Positions 51,246 through 62,580 of a stretch of DNA of 64,000 bases are shown here, piece after piece. A program made the position numbers and the translations under genes. This DNA comes from Octopus vulgaris (Eukaryota): NCBI GenBank assembly GCA_951406725.2, contig OX597827.1, forward strand, positions 69,378,001 through 69,442,000, written 5' to 3'. Positions within the stretch are counted from its first letter, which is position 1. Each line of letters opens with the position of its first letter. The notes beneath the pieces were generated by a model. The model was given only the letters and a program-made list of their open reading frames with translations, was not told the DNA's origin and did no database searches.

Positions 51246-54200
51246 TAATCATATTTATAATCTGGTGTGTGTGCGTGCTTTTGTTTCGGCATCATATGAT
51301 TGCTGTAAATGTGTATAATCTTCGTACATGTAAGGTTGCTTGGTTCCAGTGTTCCATGAGTAGCATGTCTAGCTGTGGCGAAAATATTACTTTGCTTGGA
51401 AACGGGTGAGGATTGGTGACAGGAAGGGCATCCCAGCTGTAGAAGACACCTGCCTCAACAAATTCTGTCTCTGGCCCATGGAAAACTAGACATAAAATGA
51501 TGCGGCTGTGTGGTAAGAAGCTTGCTTCCCAACCTCCTTTTTCCATGCCAATATAGAAAGCAGACGTTAAACAACGATTATTATTATTATTGCAGGTGTG
51601 GCTGTGTGGTAAGAAGTTTGCTTCCCAACCACATGGTTCTGAGTTCAGTCCCATTGCATGGCACTTTCCGCAAGTGTTTTTTTTTATTAATGTCCTGGGC
51701 TGATCAAAATCTTGTGAGGGGATTTGGTTGACAGAAACTGAAAGAAGCCCTTCACATATATCTATGTCTTCCCCCCCACACACACACATACACACTCCAA
51801 AACAGCTTGACAACAGCTGTTGGTTTGTTTGTATCCCTGGAACTTAGCAGTTTGACAAAATAGCCCGATATAAGTACCTATTTCTTTACTACCCACAAGG
51901 GGCTAAACACAGAGGGGACAAACAAGGATAGACAAACGGATTAAGTCGATTATATTGACCCCAGTGCGTAACTGGTACTTAATTTATCGACCCCGAAAGG
52001 ATGAAAGGCAAAGTCGACCTCGGCAGAATTTGAACTCAGAACGTAACGGGAGATGAAATACCGCTAAGCATTTCACCCGGCATGCTAACGTTTCTGCCAG
52101 TTCGCCACCTTCTATAAGCCCGATATAAGTACCAGGCTTTAAAAAAATACTGGGATCAATTCTACAAAAATCCTTCAAGGTGATGCCCCAGCATGGCCAC
52201 GGTTCAACAACTGAAACAAGAAAAAGACTATTTTATTTATTTATTTATTTTTTTCTTAGGCAATCCAGTAGATCTGTTTTACTAATATTAGCGAAAATGT
52301 TGTAGATTCTGTAGACTAATTCTTCAACCTTTTCTTAAACCACTGTCTACGGCTTCCGCTTCTCTTCATCCTCACCTTTCTGTTTCGGTTTCCATATTCT
52401 GCCGGATCAATATCAAATTCTTCGTTGTGAGTGTTCTGAGGTATTTTTCTTCTTCTTCTATCAAAATATTGCATTCTGTTAAAGTCTTCATCAAAAAGTT
52501 TATATATAATTTGGCATTGATGGCTGTTGCTGGAATGGAATGGGTGTGTGGAGGGGGAAGGGTTTTTTTGTTTTTTTTTTCTTCATATTAATGTAGGATA
52601 AGTTCCATGGTTGGGAGATAACTACCAGAATAGGCAGGGGTGTGAAGATAAGATATTATTAGACGAGGGATAATATTTACTGTTATAGAGAAAAAGTGGC
52701 TGTACATGTATATATCCGGTGTGGCTGTGTGGTTAGAGGTTAGCTTCCCGGCCACATGGTTCCGGGTTCAGTCCCACTGCATGGCACCTTGGGCAAGTGT
52801 CTTCTACTATAGTTTTGGCCCCGACCAAAGCCTTGTGAGTGGATTTGGTAGACGGAAACTGAAAGAAGCCCACTGCGTGCGCTCGTGTGTGTGTATATAT
52901 ATGTGTCTTTGTGTCTGTTTGTCTCCCAGCACTGCTTGATAACCGGTGTTGGTGCATTTACATCAACATAACTTAGCGGTTCAGTAAAAGAGACTGATAA
53001 AATAAGTACCTGGCTTTAAAAAAATAAGTAGTGGGATTGACTTTTTTCTACTAAAATTCTTTTAGGCAGTGCCCCAGCATGGCCACAGTCAAATGACTGA
53101 ATCAAGTAAAAGATAAGATATATGAAGGTGCATGGCTTAGTGGTTTGGGCATTCGGCTCACAACTGTAAGGTCGTGAGTTCAATTCCTAGTGACATGTTG
53201 TGTCCTTGAGCAAGACTCTTTATTTCATGTTACTCCAGTCCAGTCAACTGGCAAAACTGTACCAGTTGTACCAGTAATTCAAAGGGACCAGTCTTGTTGC
53301 ATTCTGTGTGATGCTGAATCTCCCTGGGAACTACATTAAGGGTACGTGTGTCTGTGGAGCGCTCAGCCACTTGCACGTTAATCTCATGAGCAGGCTGTTC
53401 CTTCCGTTGATCAGATCGACTGCAACCTTTGCTCTTGTGACCGACAGAGTGCTAGTATGTATGCATGTATTCTTTTATTCGTTTCCACTCATTTGACTGC
53501 GGCCATGCTGGATCACTGTCTTAAAGGATTTTTTTCGGTCAAAGAAAGCAATCCCAGGAATTATTCTTTGTAAGCCTAGTACTTAGTCCATTGGTCTCTC
53601 TTGCCGAACTGCTAAGTTATATGGATGTAAACACACCAACGTCGGTTGTCAAGCAGTGTGAGGATAAACAGACACAGAAACACATACACACATAAATATA
53701 TACATACGACAGGCTTCTTTCAGTTTCCATCTACCAAATTCACTCACAAGGCTTTTGTCAGTCCGAGGCTATAGTAGAAGACACTTGCCCAAAATTCCAC
53801 ACAGTGGGACTGAACCCGGATCCATGCGGTTGCAAAGCACGCTTCTTTACTACACAGCCATGCCTGTGTATGTGTGTATGTATATATTGTGATGGCAGCC
53901 CAAGGTTTTTGGACCTGTTGTGGTTTCCGTTGTAGACTGGGGTAGATTGGTATCTGTTTCCTGTACCTGTAAAGGTAGGAAGAAAGCTCGCATAATTGTT
54001 TGGTGGTAATTAATGTTCTTAAACGTGGTTAGATAAAATGAAGCTATGATGTTAAGGGACCACTGCCTGTAAACATTAGGCATTCAGATTACTCTGGCAA
54101 AGGTAAGGCTTCTCTCTTTCCATGGCTTTGAGATTTCAGTGTTGTTACTGTTTATTTTTAGAATGACATTGTAGGGTAGGTGTAAGAAGCTGGATCTAGT

Positions 54201-54413
54201 TGGTTTAAACATAAAACAAGTAGAATATTTGGGTTGGATATGGCCAGTCTAAATGTTAATGGGTTAATTTATACAGTTCTATATTTAAGAGATGAGGAAT
54301 TATGTACATTGTTTACATTTCATGGATATTTGTCTTCATCTTGACGTATATTTGCCATTTCAATATGGCTACCCCTAAGGGTGGATGCTACTGTTTTCAT
54401 CTTGTTTGCTGTT

Positions 54414-54448
54414 AACACAATGTTTCGGCTGAGGCTTCTTCAGATGTC
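54414..54448 (-). ncRNA. Hammerhead remnant (family of 30837/31322) with stem II deleted
   Basis: Minus strand: gacat-CTGAAGA-agcctcagcc-GAAA-ca-TT-gtgtt. Confidence 0.5.
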
Positions 54449-54547
54449 CTGGGGTCGATTTGCTCAACTAAAAGCGGTGCTCCAGCATGGCCGCAGTCAA
54501 ATGACTGAAACAAGTAAAAGAGTAAAGAGTATGTGTGTGTGTGTGTG

Positions 54548-54591
<44 letters not shown>

Positions 54592-54723
54592 GTTAGGAAG
54601 GGCATCCAACTGTAGAAACACTGCCAGATCAGACTGGGCCTGGTGCAGCCTTCTGGCTTCCCAGACCCCAGTTGAACCGTCCAACCCATGCCAGCATGGA
54701 GAACGGATGTTAAATGATGATGA

Positions 54724-54759
<36 letters not shown>

Positions 54760-56894
54760 CTGTTAGGAGTAGATATTAGACCTTGATCTTAGCCATAAGA
54801 TTGAGAGAGAGTTCAAATTTACAAAAGATGAAGACAGGTGTATGAACAACAAGCGAATATATTGTGTGCGTGTGTGTTTTAATGGCTACTGTGACTGTAC
54901 CACAATGTAATTGTTTTAGTTTAAACATACATAGTTTAAACAAATGTTGAAGTAATCATTTTTGTATTTGTTATGCAACTTTTTTTTTAATGTGAAATCT
55001 TGTTGAAACAGACGTACTTTGGGAGGGTCATTTTGCTTGATTACCTTTGTTTCTTTATCATTACTAAAGTGGTGAGCTGGCAGAATTGTTTTCACTCCGG
55101 GCAGAATGCTAAGTGTCATTTCATCAGTCTTAACATTCTGAGTTCAATTTCTGCTGAGGTCAACTTTGCCTTTCCTCCTTTCAGGGTTGAGAACTGGTGT
55201 TAATGTAATCGACTGGTGCCTTCCCCCACAATTTCAGGCCTTGTTGTTGTTATTCACTGAGTTAACTAATTAACCCTTTAATTTAATGATTGGTTAATGC
55301 TTCCTTTTGAAGGTTTGAAATATTGGCAGAGTTGATTAGTTATTACATCGACCCCCGTATGCAACAGGTACTTAATTTTATCACTCCTGAAGGGATGAAA
55401 GGTAAATTTGGCCTCTGCCAAATTTATACTTAGGGATGTAAAGGCAGACAAAATGCTGCTAATAATTCTGCAAGCTCAATGCCTTAACCCTTTACCATTC
55501 AGATTACCATATTTTAACCCTTTCGTTACCAACTTGGCTGAAACTGGCTCTGGCTCCAAATGTCTTGTTTCCATAGGTTTTGAATTAAAATCTTCCACCA
55601 AACCTTAGTCACAATTTATGTTCCTAACACTAGCTTAATGATAACTAAGTTATTTTACTAAATTTTTTGTTATATTTAAAGTAATTGAAAGAAACACAGA
55701 GCATCTCAAAATAAATACAGTAACGAAAGGGTTAACATGTATAAGGAACCCTTTTTTTGTCAAAAATTATGTTAAAAAATATGGGAGTTTTTAATACACA
55801 GATAGTATTATAATCCTTTACAAAACCTTTTTTTCCACATTTTAAGCCCCCCAAATTAGGGGATTCCTTATATATGTGGGTTCCTTATACACGTTAAAAT
55901 ACAGTATATTCTGTCCAATGTAATGCTTAGTGACTCACATTGTTTTGAATTACTCATGCATCATGTAGCTTTAAGATGTCAATGATGTGATTGTATGCTC
56001 TTAGAATGACATTGTAGGGTTGGTGTGAGAGGCTGAATCTGGCTGGTTTGAGCATAAAGCAAGCAGAACATTTTGACCAGTTTAAATGCTAAAGGGTTAA
56101 TAATAATCCTTTCTACTATAGGCACAAGACCTGAAATTTTGGGGGATGGGGACTAGTTGATTATATTGACCCCAGTGTTTCACTGGTACTTAATTTGTCG
56201 ACCTCGGTGGAATTTGAACTCAAAATGCAGCGACGGGTGAAATACTGCTAAGCATTTCATCCTATGCACAAATGATTCTTATTTCTTTACTGCCCCCAAG
56301 GGGCTAAACACAGAAAGGACAAACAAAGACAGACAAAGGGATTAAGTCGATTACATCAACCCCAGTGCATAACTGGTACTTATTTAATCAACCCCGAAAG
56401 GATGAAAGGCAAAGTCGACCTCGGCGGAATTTGAACTCAGAACGTAGCAGAAGACGAAATATCTATTTCTTTACTACCCACAAGGGGCTAAACATAGAAG
56501 GGACAAACAAGGACAGACAAACGGATTAAGTTGATTATATTGACCCCAGTGCATAACTGGTACTTATTTATTCAACCCTGAAAGGATGGTAGGCAAAGTC
56601 AACCTCGGCGGAATTTGAACTCGGAATGTAGCGGCAGATGAAATACCGCTAAGCATTTCACCCGGTGTGCTAACGTTTCTGCCAGCTCATCGCTTTTAAG
56701 GGACTGAGGTTAATAATAATAATAATAATGGAAGGAACATAAAAAGTATTTTGCTTCTTAAGTGTGACTAGTACACGAAGTAGATCTTTTCATTTTGAGC
56801 ATAAGGGACCTCAGACTGAATCTCTTTCCCAAACAAACAAAAAAAAAAGGTTTAATAAATCCCAATCTTATTTCTTTCCATATTTCTTCTTCAG

Positions 56895-57132
56895 TGTCCT
56901 GACAAATAAAGACAACTCTACCCTGAGCTGTTTCGTCGGAAGCTGGGACAACTTCACAAATACCCGGATCGTAGCCTGTTCAGAGCCAAAGGTCTCACAC
57001 TGTATTGTCTTCAAATATGTAAACACCACCAGCCAGAATAATGGTATCAGTGGCAACAAGACACAAGGAATCTTGTTTGCCTGTGACCACCAGCTTCTTT
57101 GTAAGCAAGCATCAATCACCATTCAGAATAAT
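56895..57132 (+). CDS. Exon 2 of three-finger/LU-domain glycoprotein
   Basis: ttcttcag| acceptor in phase 2, matching exon 1; LSCFVG..AC..HC..ACD..LC; donor AAT|GTAAGT. Confidence 0.85.
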
Positions 57133-57206
57133 GTAAGTTGCTGCTTTTTTTTCTTTTCTTTTTATTTGCTTGATAGCCAGAAATTGAGAAAAGCTTATAT
57201 ATATAT

Positions 57207-57757
57207 GTTAGTTAGTTAGTTCATTTTTGGGCTCAAAAAGCAAAAAGCAAGGCCATGTAGGGGGACATGGAGTTATGTACAGGGTGGTGTTCATGTAATG
57301 TAAAGAGTTCAGGCCACTTGTGGTCAAGAGAGACTTTGAACCGAGCGGTCATCGGCAACTTCACTATCTTGTCTGGCAGCTTATTCCATGGGTCCGCAAC
57401 CCGAACGGAGAAAGCCCCTCTCCTTCGATTGAGATGATATCGTTGCTTTTCGGAGTGACCCCGCAGCCGACGCTCTGGAGCAGGAGTAAAGAACAGCTCT
57501 TTTGAGAGGTTAGACTTTCCGCTTATGATGTTGTGAGCAAGAATGAGATCACCACGTCATCGTCGCTTTTCTAGAGAATAAAGGTCGAGCGTCTTCAGCC
57601 TTTCTTCATAAGACAAATGCTTGAGACCAAGAACCATGCGGGTAGCCAGCTTCTGGACTTTTTCGAGATGCTGTATGTCTTTGAGGAGATAAGGAGAAGA
57701 GGCTTGAATCCCGTACTCCAATATGGGTCTCACCAGCGTGACATATAGATGAGTATA
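57207..57757 (-). mobile_element. CR1-clade LINE 3' fragment
   Basis: LYVTLVRPILEY..LEKVQKLATRMV..LSYEERLKTLDLYSLEKRR; (AACT)n tail. Confidence 0.9.
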
Positions 57758-57946
57758 TTTTTCCCTTGTTAACAATTAACACAGAAAAAATAGATAAATA
57801 GTTACCAGGGTAGCAAAAAATCACACAAGTAAAGAAGTTGTAACACCTTGTTTTTAAAGGTAGAAACTTCAGGTTTTTGTGGATTTTTTTGTATAATATA
57901 TAAATAAATAAATGGAGTTTAACGCAGGTATAAATCAAATACTTTT

Positions 57947-58033
57947 ACTTTCGACACATGTTTCGAAGATTTCACTGATATTATTCAAAAAAATAAATGG
58001 TATAAAACAATGCAATCTTCTCTGCAGGGAAGT
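57947..58033 (-). ncRNA. Hammerhead-like motif (A6C)
   Basis: Minus strand: acttcc-CTGCAGA-gaagatt...aatcttc-GAAA-c atgt g-TC-gaaagt. Confidence 0.6.
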
Positions 58034-59049
58034 GAAAAAATGAAACTTGTCAATAATTCTGAACTATTTTTCATTATTTTTTCTAAAAATCCCCTAGTAA
58101 ACACAGTTATAGAGCGTCCATACCGATGTAAACATTGGCAAAAACACACCCTTAGTTCATATAAGTAATCTCTATCATTATATATAATTTAAACATTAAT
58201 TTTCTTTTATATTTAACATTCACTAAAAGTATTCTTCCTCTTTCGATAGGCTACGTTATATATCATATAACATTTTTTTCAAACAATATTGTGGACTGGA
58301 GCAACATGAAATAAAGCACTCACTGCACCCTGTAAAGTAGTTGGCATTAGGTAGGACATCTTGCTGTAGAAACCCTACCAAAACAGACACTAGAGTATGA
58401 TGAAGTCCTTGGTCCTATCAGATCCTGTCAAATTCTTTGACCCATATCAGCATAGAAGATGGACATTAAAAGATGAGGGTGATAAAACCTCATTATTATA
58501 TGTTTTTACTTGTTTCAGTCATTTGACTGTGGCCATGCTGGAGCACCGCATTTAGTCAAGCAAATCGACCCTAGGACTTATTCTTTGTAAGCCTAGTACT
58601 TATTCTATCAGTCTCTTTTGCTGAACCGCTAAGTGATGGGGACGTAAATACACCAGCATTAGTTGTCAAGTGATGTTGGGGGGAACAAACATTGACACAC
58701 AAACATATATACACACACACACACACACATACATATATATATATACATATATATACAATGGGCTTCTGTCAGTTTCCGTCTACCAAATCCACTCACAAAG
58801 CTTTGGTCGGCCTGGGACTATAGTAGAAGACACTTGCCCAAGGTGCCATGCAGTGGGACTGAACCCGGAACCATGTGGTTCGTAAGCAAGCTACTTACCA
58901 CACAACCACTCCTACGTCTACTTTTTTTAAAATTTAAATTCAAACTTAATTTTTTTGTATCAGTTAAGTTTATTACGATAAAAAACAGGCTTGAAAAATC
59001 ACATTCACAATTTTGATGTTAACTGCTTATAATTCTATTTTCTTTGCAG

Positions 59050-59185
59050 ACATCTTATCAAGGTCTTACCGGTCAGCTAATCTGTTGTGAGGGAAACAAG
59101 TGCAATAACCATACCCTAGCCGGTCCAGAACCACCAATAACTGCCACATGTTACCAGGCCTCCAGGCTCAATGGTACTGTTGTAG
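59050..59185 (+). CDS. Exon 3 of three-finger/LU-domain glycoprotein
   Basis: tctttgcag| acceptor (phase 0); ICCEGNKCN signature, then a new domain start TCYQ; donor TAG|GTACGT. Confidence 0.85.
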
Positions 59186-59359
59186 GTACGTATAGCTGGG
59201 GTTTCCTCAGTATTGTTTCCTGTGATGTGTGCTGATTGTTGACTGATGTATATTTACAGAGGCAGTAGTTTGTATCATCCTCATCAGCCCCATCATCACT
59301 GCCCTGTTGATGATGTTGTTTACTTGTACAGGGTGATATATATATATATATATTATATA

Positions 59360-59780
59360 ATGGTACATCATTTGTACGATGTGGAGAATATACCGCCAAC
59401 TTTGCCCAAACGACCTGAACATTAGCTTCAAGGTTCATCCAAGACTGGGACCACGGGCCATACGTCCCCTGCCCAATTCAAGATCACAGCATACATGTAC
59501 ACTGCAACATAATTTCTTTTCATCAACAGGCCCTGCCCTATTTAACATTGTCCCGAGGGAGATCAAAGAGGAAAAGGATCCCAACGGAGTCTGGATAGAT
59601 TCTTTCAAAAAATACCAGATAAGCCACCCATAATTGGATACAACTCACCCAACAAAAGCTCACTACTTGAATGGACCATAAACAAAACTTGACTTAAACA
59701 GGATTTAGATAATCCTATCAGGTGGTGTTATTAAGTTAGACATGGCCTGGACCAATCTTTGGTCGAAACATATCTAAGTT
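59360..59780 (+). mobile_element. LINE ORF2 3' fragment (CR1/L2-group-like)
   Basis: MWRIY..CPN..HPRLG..NFFSSTGPALFNIVPREIK. Confidence 0.65.
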
Positions 59781-59790
59781 TTATATATTA

Positions 59791-60185
59791 CTAGCAGTAT
59801 CGCCCGGCGTTGCTCGGGTTTGTAAGGGAAATAATTATATAAGCATTTTTAGAGATGTAAAGTATAATAGCCATCTCAATATGGCTAACCACAAAGGGGG
59901 AGGGGTGTTACTGTAGCTTTTTACGTTCTGAGATTTAATAATAAATTTTAGAGAGTTACTTCCCTTATATATGTCAAAAATGGATTAAAAATGGGAAAAA
60001 TTGATGGTAATTTTTTTTTTAAATCGTAGACTCATCGTAGACGCGCGCTAATACCCAGACGGTCTCGATATGAATCACGACTATAAGATACCCGCTTTTG
60101 GTTAAACTGCACCGCAAAATGTGGGAGTAGTTAGGAATCTAAATCGTAGGAGACAGACACACAACCTCACTTTTATATATAAAGA
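59791..60185 (-). mobile_element. Non-autonomous Helitron (mirror copy begins at 63653 +)
   Basis: A|TCTTTATATATAAAA start; same hairpin plus CTAG end as the 2657 element. Confidence 0.8.
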
Positions 60186-60248
60186 TTTCCTCTATTTACA
60201 TAATATTGAGGTCTCTTTCTTTCTTTTGTTATCTTACTGTTTTTAACA

Positions 60249-60279
<31 letters not shown>

Positions 60280-60296
60280 AATGTATAAATAGTTAC

Positions 60297-60615
60297 AGAG
60301 ATGTACTTGCATAGCAAGTGACTTGATCTGAGATCGTGTGCTGGAACGAAAACAGTTGCAGCGTTGAAGGTGTTTATAAGCCATTTAAGAAACACACAAA
60401 AACCGTTAGATTCACTTCAACATTTAAATTTAATTTGTCAAAATATTTTCGTCGCTTTGAGACCGCGACCTGTTAGCACGATATTTTTGTCAGTGAACAG
60501 GTCGCGGTCTGAAAGCGACGAAAATATTTTGGCAAATGAAATTTAAATGTTGAAGTGAATGTAACGGTTTTTGTGTGTTTCTTAAATGGCTTACAAACAC
60601 CTTCCACGCTGCAAT
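60297..60615. mobile_element. Penelope-like inverted pLTR foldback with G3-C8 hammerhead variant
   Basis: ~120-bp arms; motif at 60486-60536 (+), mirrored at 63310-63360 (-). Confidence 0.75.
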
Positions 60616-60945
60616 ATATATATACACACATATATATATATGTATGTATGCATGTATGTGTGTGTGTGTGCGTGTCTGTGCTTGTGATTGTCCTCCACCA
60701 CTGCTTGACAACGAATGTTGGTTTGTTTACATCCCTGTCACCTAGTGGAAACAGATAGAATAAGTACAATGCTTACAAAAATAAAACTGGAGTTGATTCA
60801 TTAAACTACAATTCTTCAAGGCATTGCCCCAGCATGGCCACAGACCAATGGCTGGAAAAAGCAGAAGAATAAAAGAATACATTCTCTGCTTTGGTCTTAT
60901 GTTCAAGGCATAAGAAAGCTTGAGTTTACATGAGAAGGCCTAACA

Positions 60946-61535
60946 GACCTGGTAGAAACAGCAGCCAAATCTCCCTCAAATCACACCTTACTGTTTTATG
61001 TATGTATATATATATGAGCCAATGAGGGGCACCTCTACATGGTAGCTAGACCTGGTAGAAATAGCAGCCAAATTTCCCCCAAATCACACCTTACTGTCTT
61101 ATCTATGTATATATGTATGTATGAGCCTATGAGGGAGACCCCTACATGGCAGCTAGACCTGGTAGAAATAGCAGCCAAATTTCCCCCAAATCACACCTTA
61201 CTGTCTTATCTATGTATATATGTATGTATGAGCCTATGAGGGAGACCCCTACATGGCAGCTAGACCTGGTAGAAATAGCAGCCAAATTTCCCCCAAATCA
61301 CACCTTACTGTCTTATCTATGTATATATGTATGTATGAGCCTATGAGGGAGACCCCTACATGGCAGCTAGACCTGGTAGAAATAGCAGCCAAATTTCCCC
61401 CAAATCACACCTTACTGTCTTATCTATGTATATATGTATGTATGAGCCTATGAGGGAGACCCCTACATGGCAGCTAGACATGGTAGAAATAGCAGCCAAA
61501 TCTCCCTCAAATCACACCTTACTGTCTTATCTTTC
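60946..61535 (+). repeat. 107-bp tandem repeat (about 5 units; about 3 in the mirror arm 62600-62980)
   Basis: Near-identical ORFs recur every 107 bp (61039, 61146, 61253, 61360). Confidence 0.95.
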
Positions 61536-61546
61536 TGCTACTTATA

Positions 61547-61582
61547 TTCGTCGTAAAAAACTTTCCTGTCACACACTCACGC

Positions 61583-61618
<36 letters not shown>

Positions 61619-61631
61619 GCGCACCCTCACA

Positions 61632-61662
<31 letters not shown>

Positions 61663-62580
61663 GCGCGCACACACACGCACACACACACACACACACGCAC
61701 GTTAGCTTACAATTTTATTTATATATTTGCGTGTCTGTGTTGAAAGAGGAAGTGGGAGGCAGAGTGAAAGAATCACTCACTACAGTAAGTCAATTACTTT
61801 CATTTTATTCGCTGCCCACTGTGTGTGTGCGTTTGCGTGTGGTGTAAACCAGACTAAGAAAAGCATTTGACACACACACCAGAATGTGAGTTTTCTGTAA
61901 ATTTTGCTTAATTGGAGTTTAAATTTTAAAAACTGGACCTGGCATGACGCGATGCATTGTACTCTTAAAATTGCTAGGTAAATTGTAATTGAAGAAATCC
62001 TATATTGTAGATTTGTATAACTCCCAAAGGGAGGCAGATAAAATCTGCCTTTTATAATAAGAGATATCTCTTATTATAAAAGGCAGATTTTATCTGCCTC
62101 CCTTTGGGAGTTATACAAATCTACAATATAGGATTTCTTCAATTACAATTTACCTTGCATTTTTAAGAGTACAATGCATCGCGTCATGCCAGGTCCAGTT
62201 TTTAAAATTTAAACTCCAATTAAGCAAAATTTACAGAAAACTCACATTGTGGTGTGTGTGTCAAATGCTTTTCTTAGTCTGGTTTACAGCACACGCAAAC
62301 GCACACACACAGTGGGCAACGAATAAAATGAAAGTAATTGACTTACTGTAGTGAGTGATTCTTTCACTCTGCCTCCCACTTCCTCTTTCAACACATAGAC
62401 ACGCAAATATATAAATAAAATTGTAAGCTAACGTGCGTGTGTGTGAGTGGGTGTGTGTGGGTGTGCGCGTGTGTGTGTGTGTGTGTGTGAGGGTGTGTGT
62501 GTGTGTGTGTGAGGGTGAGTGTGTGTGTGTGTGTGCGTGTGGGTGGGTGTGTGACAGTAAAGTTTTTTACGACGAATATA
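61547..62580. mobile_element. Two back-to-back 5' portions of a Helitron-like element
   Basis: A|TCTCTTATTATAAAAGG start on each strand (62064 -, 62067 +); no CTAG 3' end seen. Confidence 0.55.

Noticed and set aside
59745-59775. gacc..ggtc-GAAAC hairpin
   Set aside because: No CUGANGA-like core; likely the LINE 3' UTR stem-loop
61039-61743. Repeated 66-aa ORFs or a CRISPR-like array
   Set aside because: Identical 107-bp tandem units with no unique spacers and no cas genes; eukaryotic context
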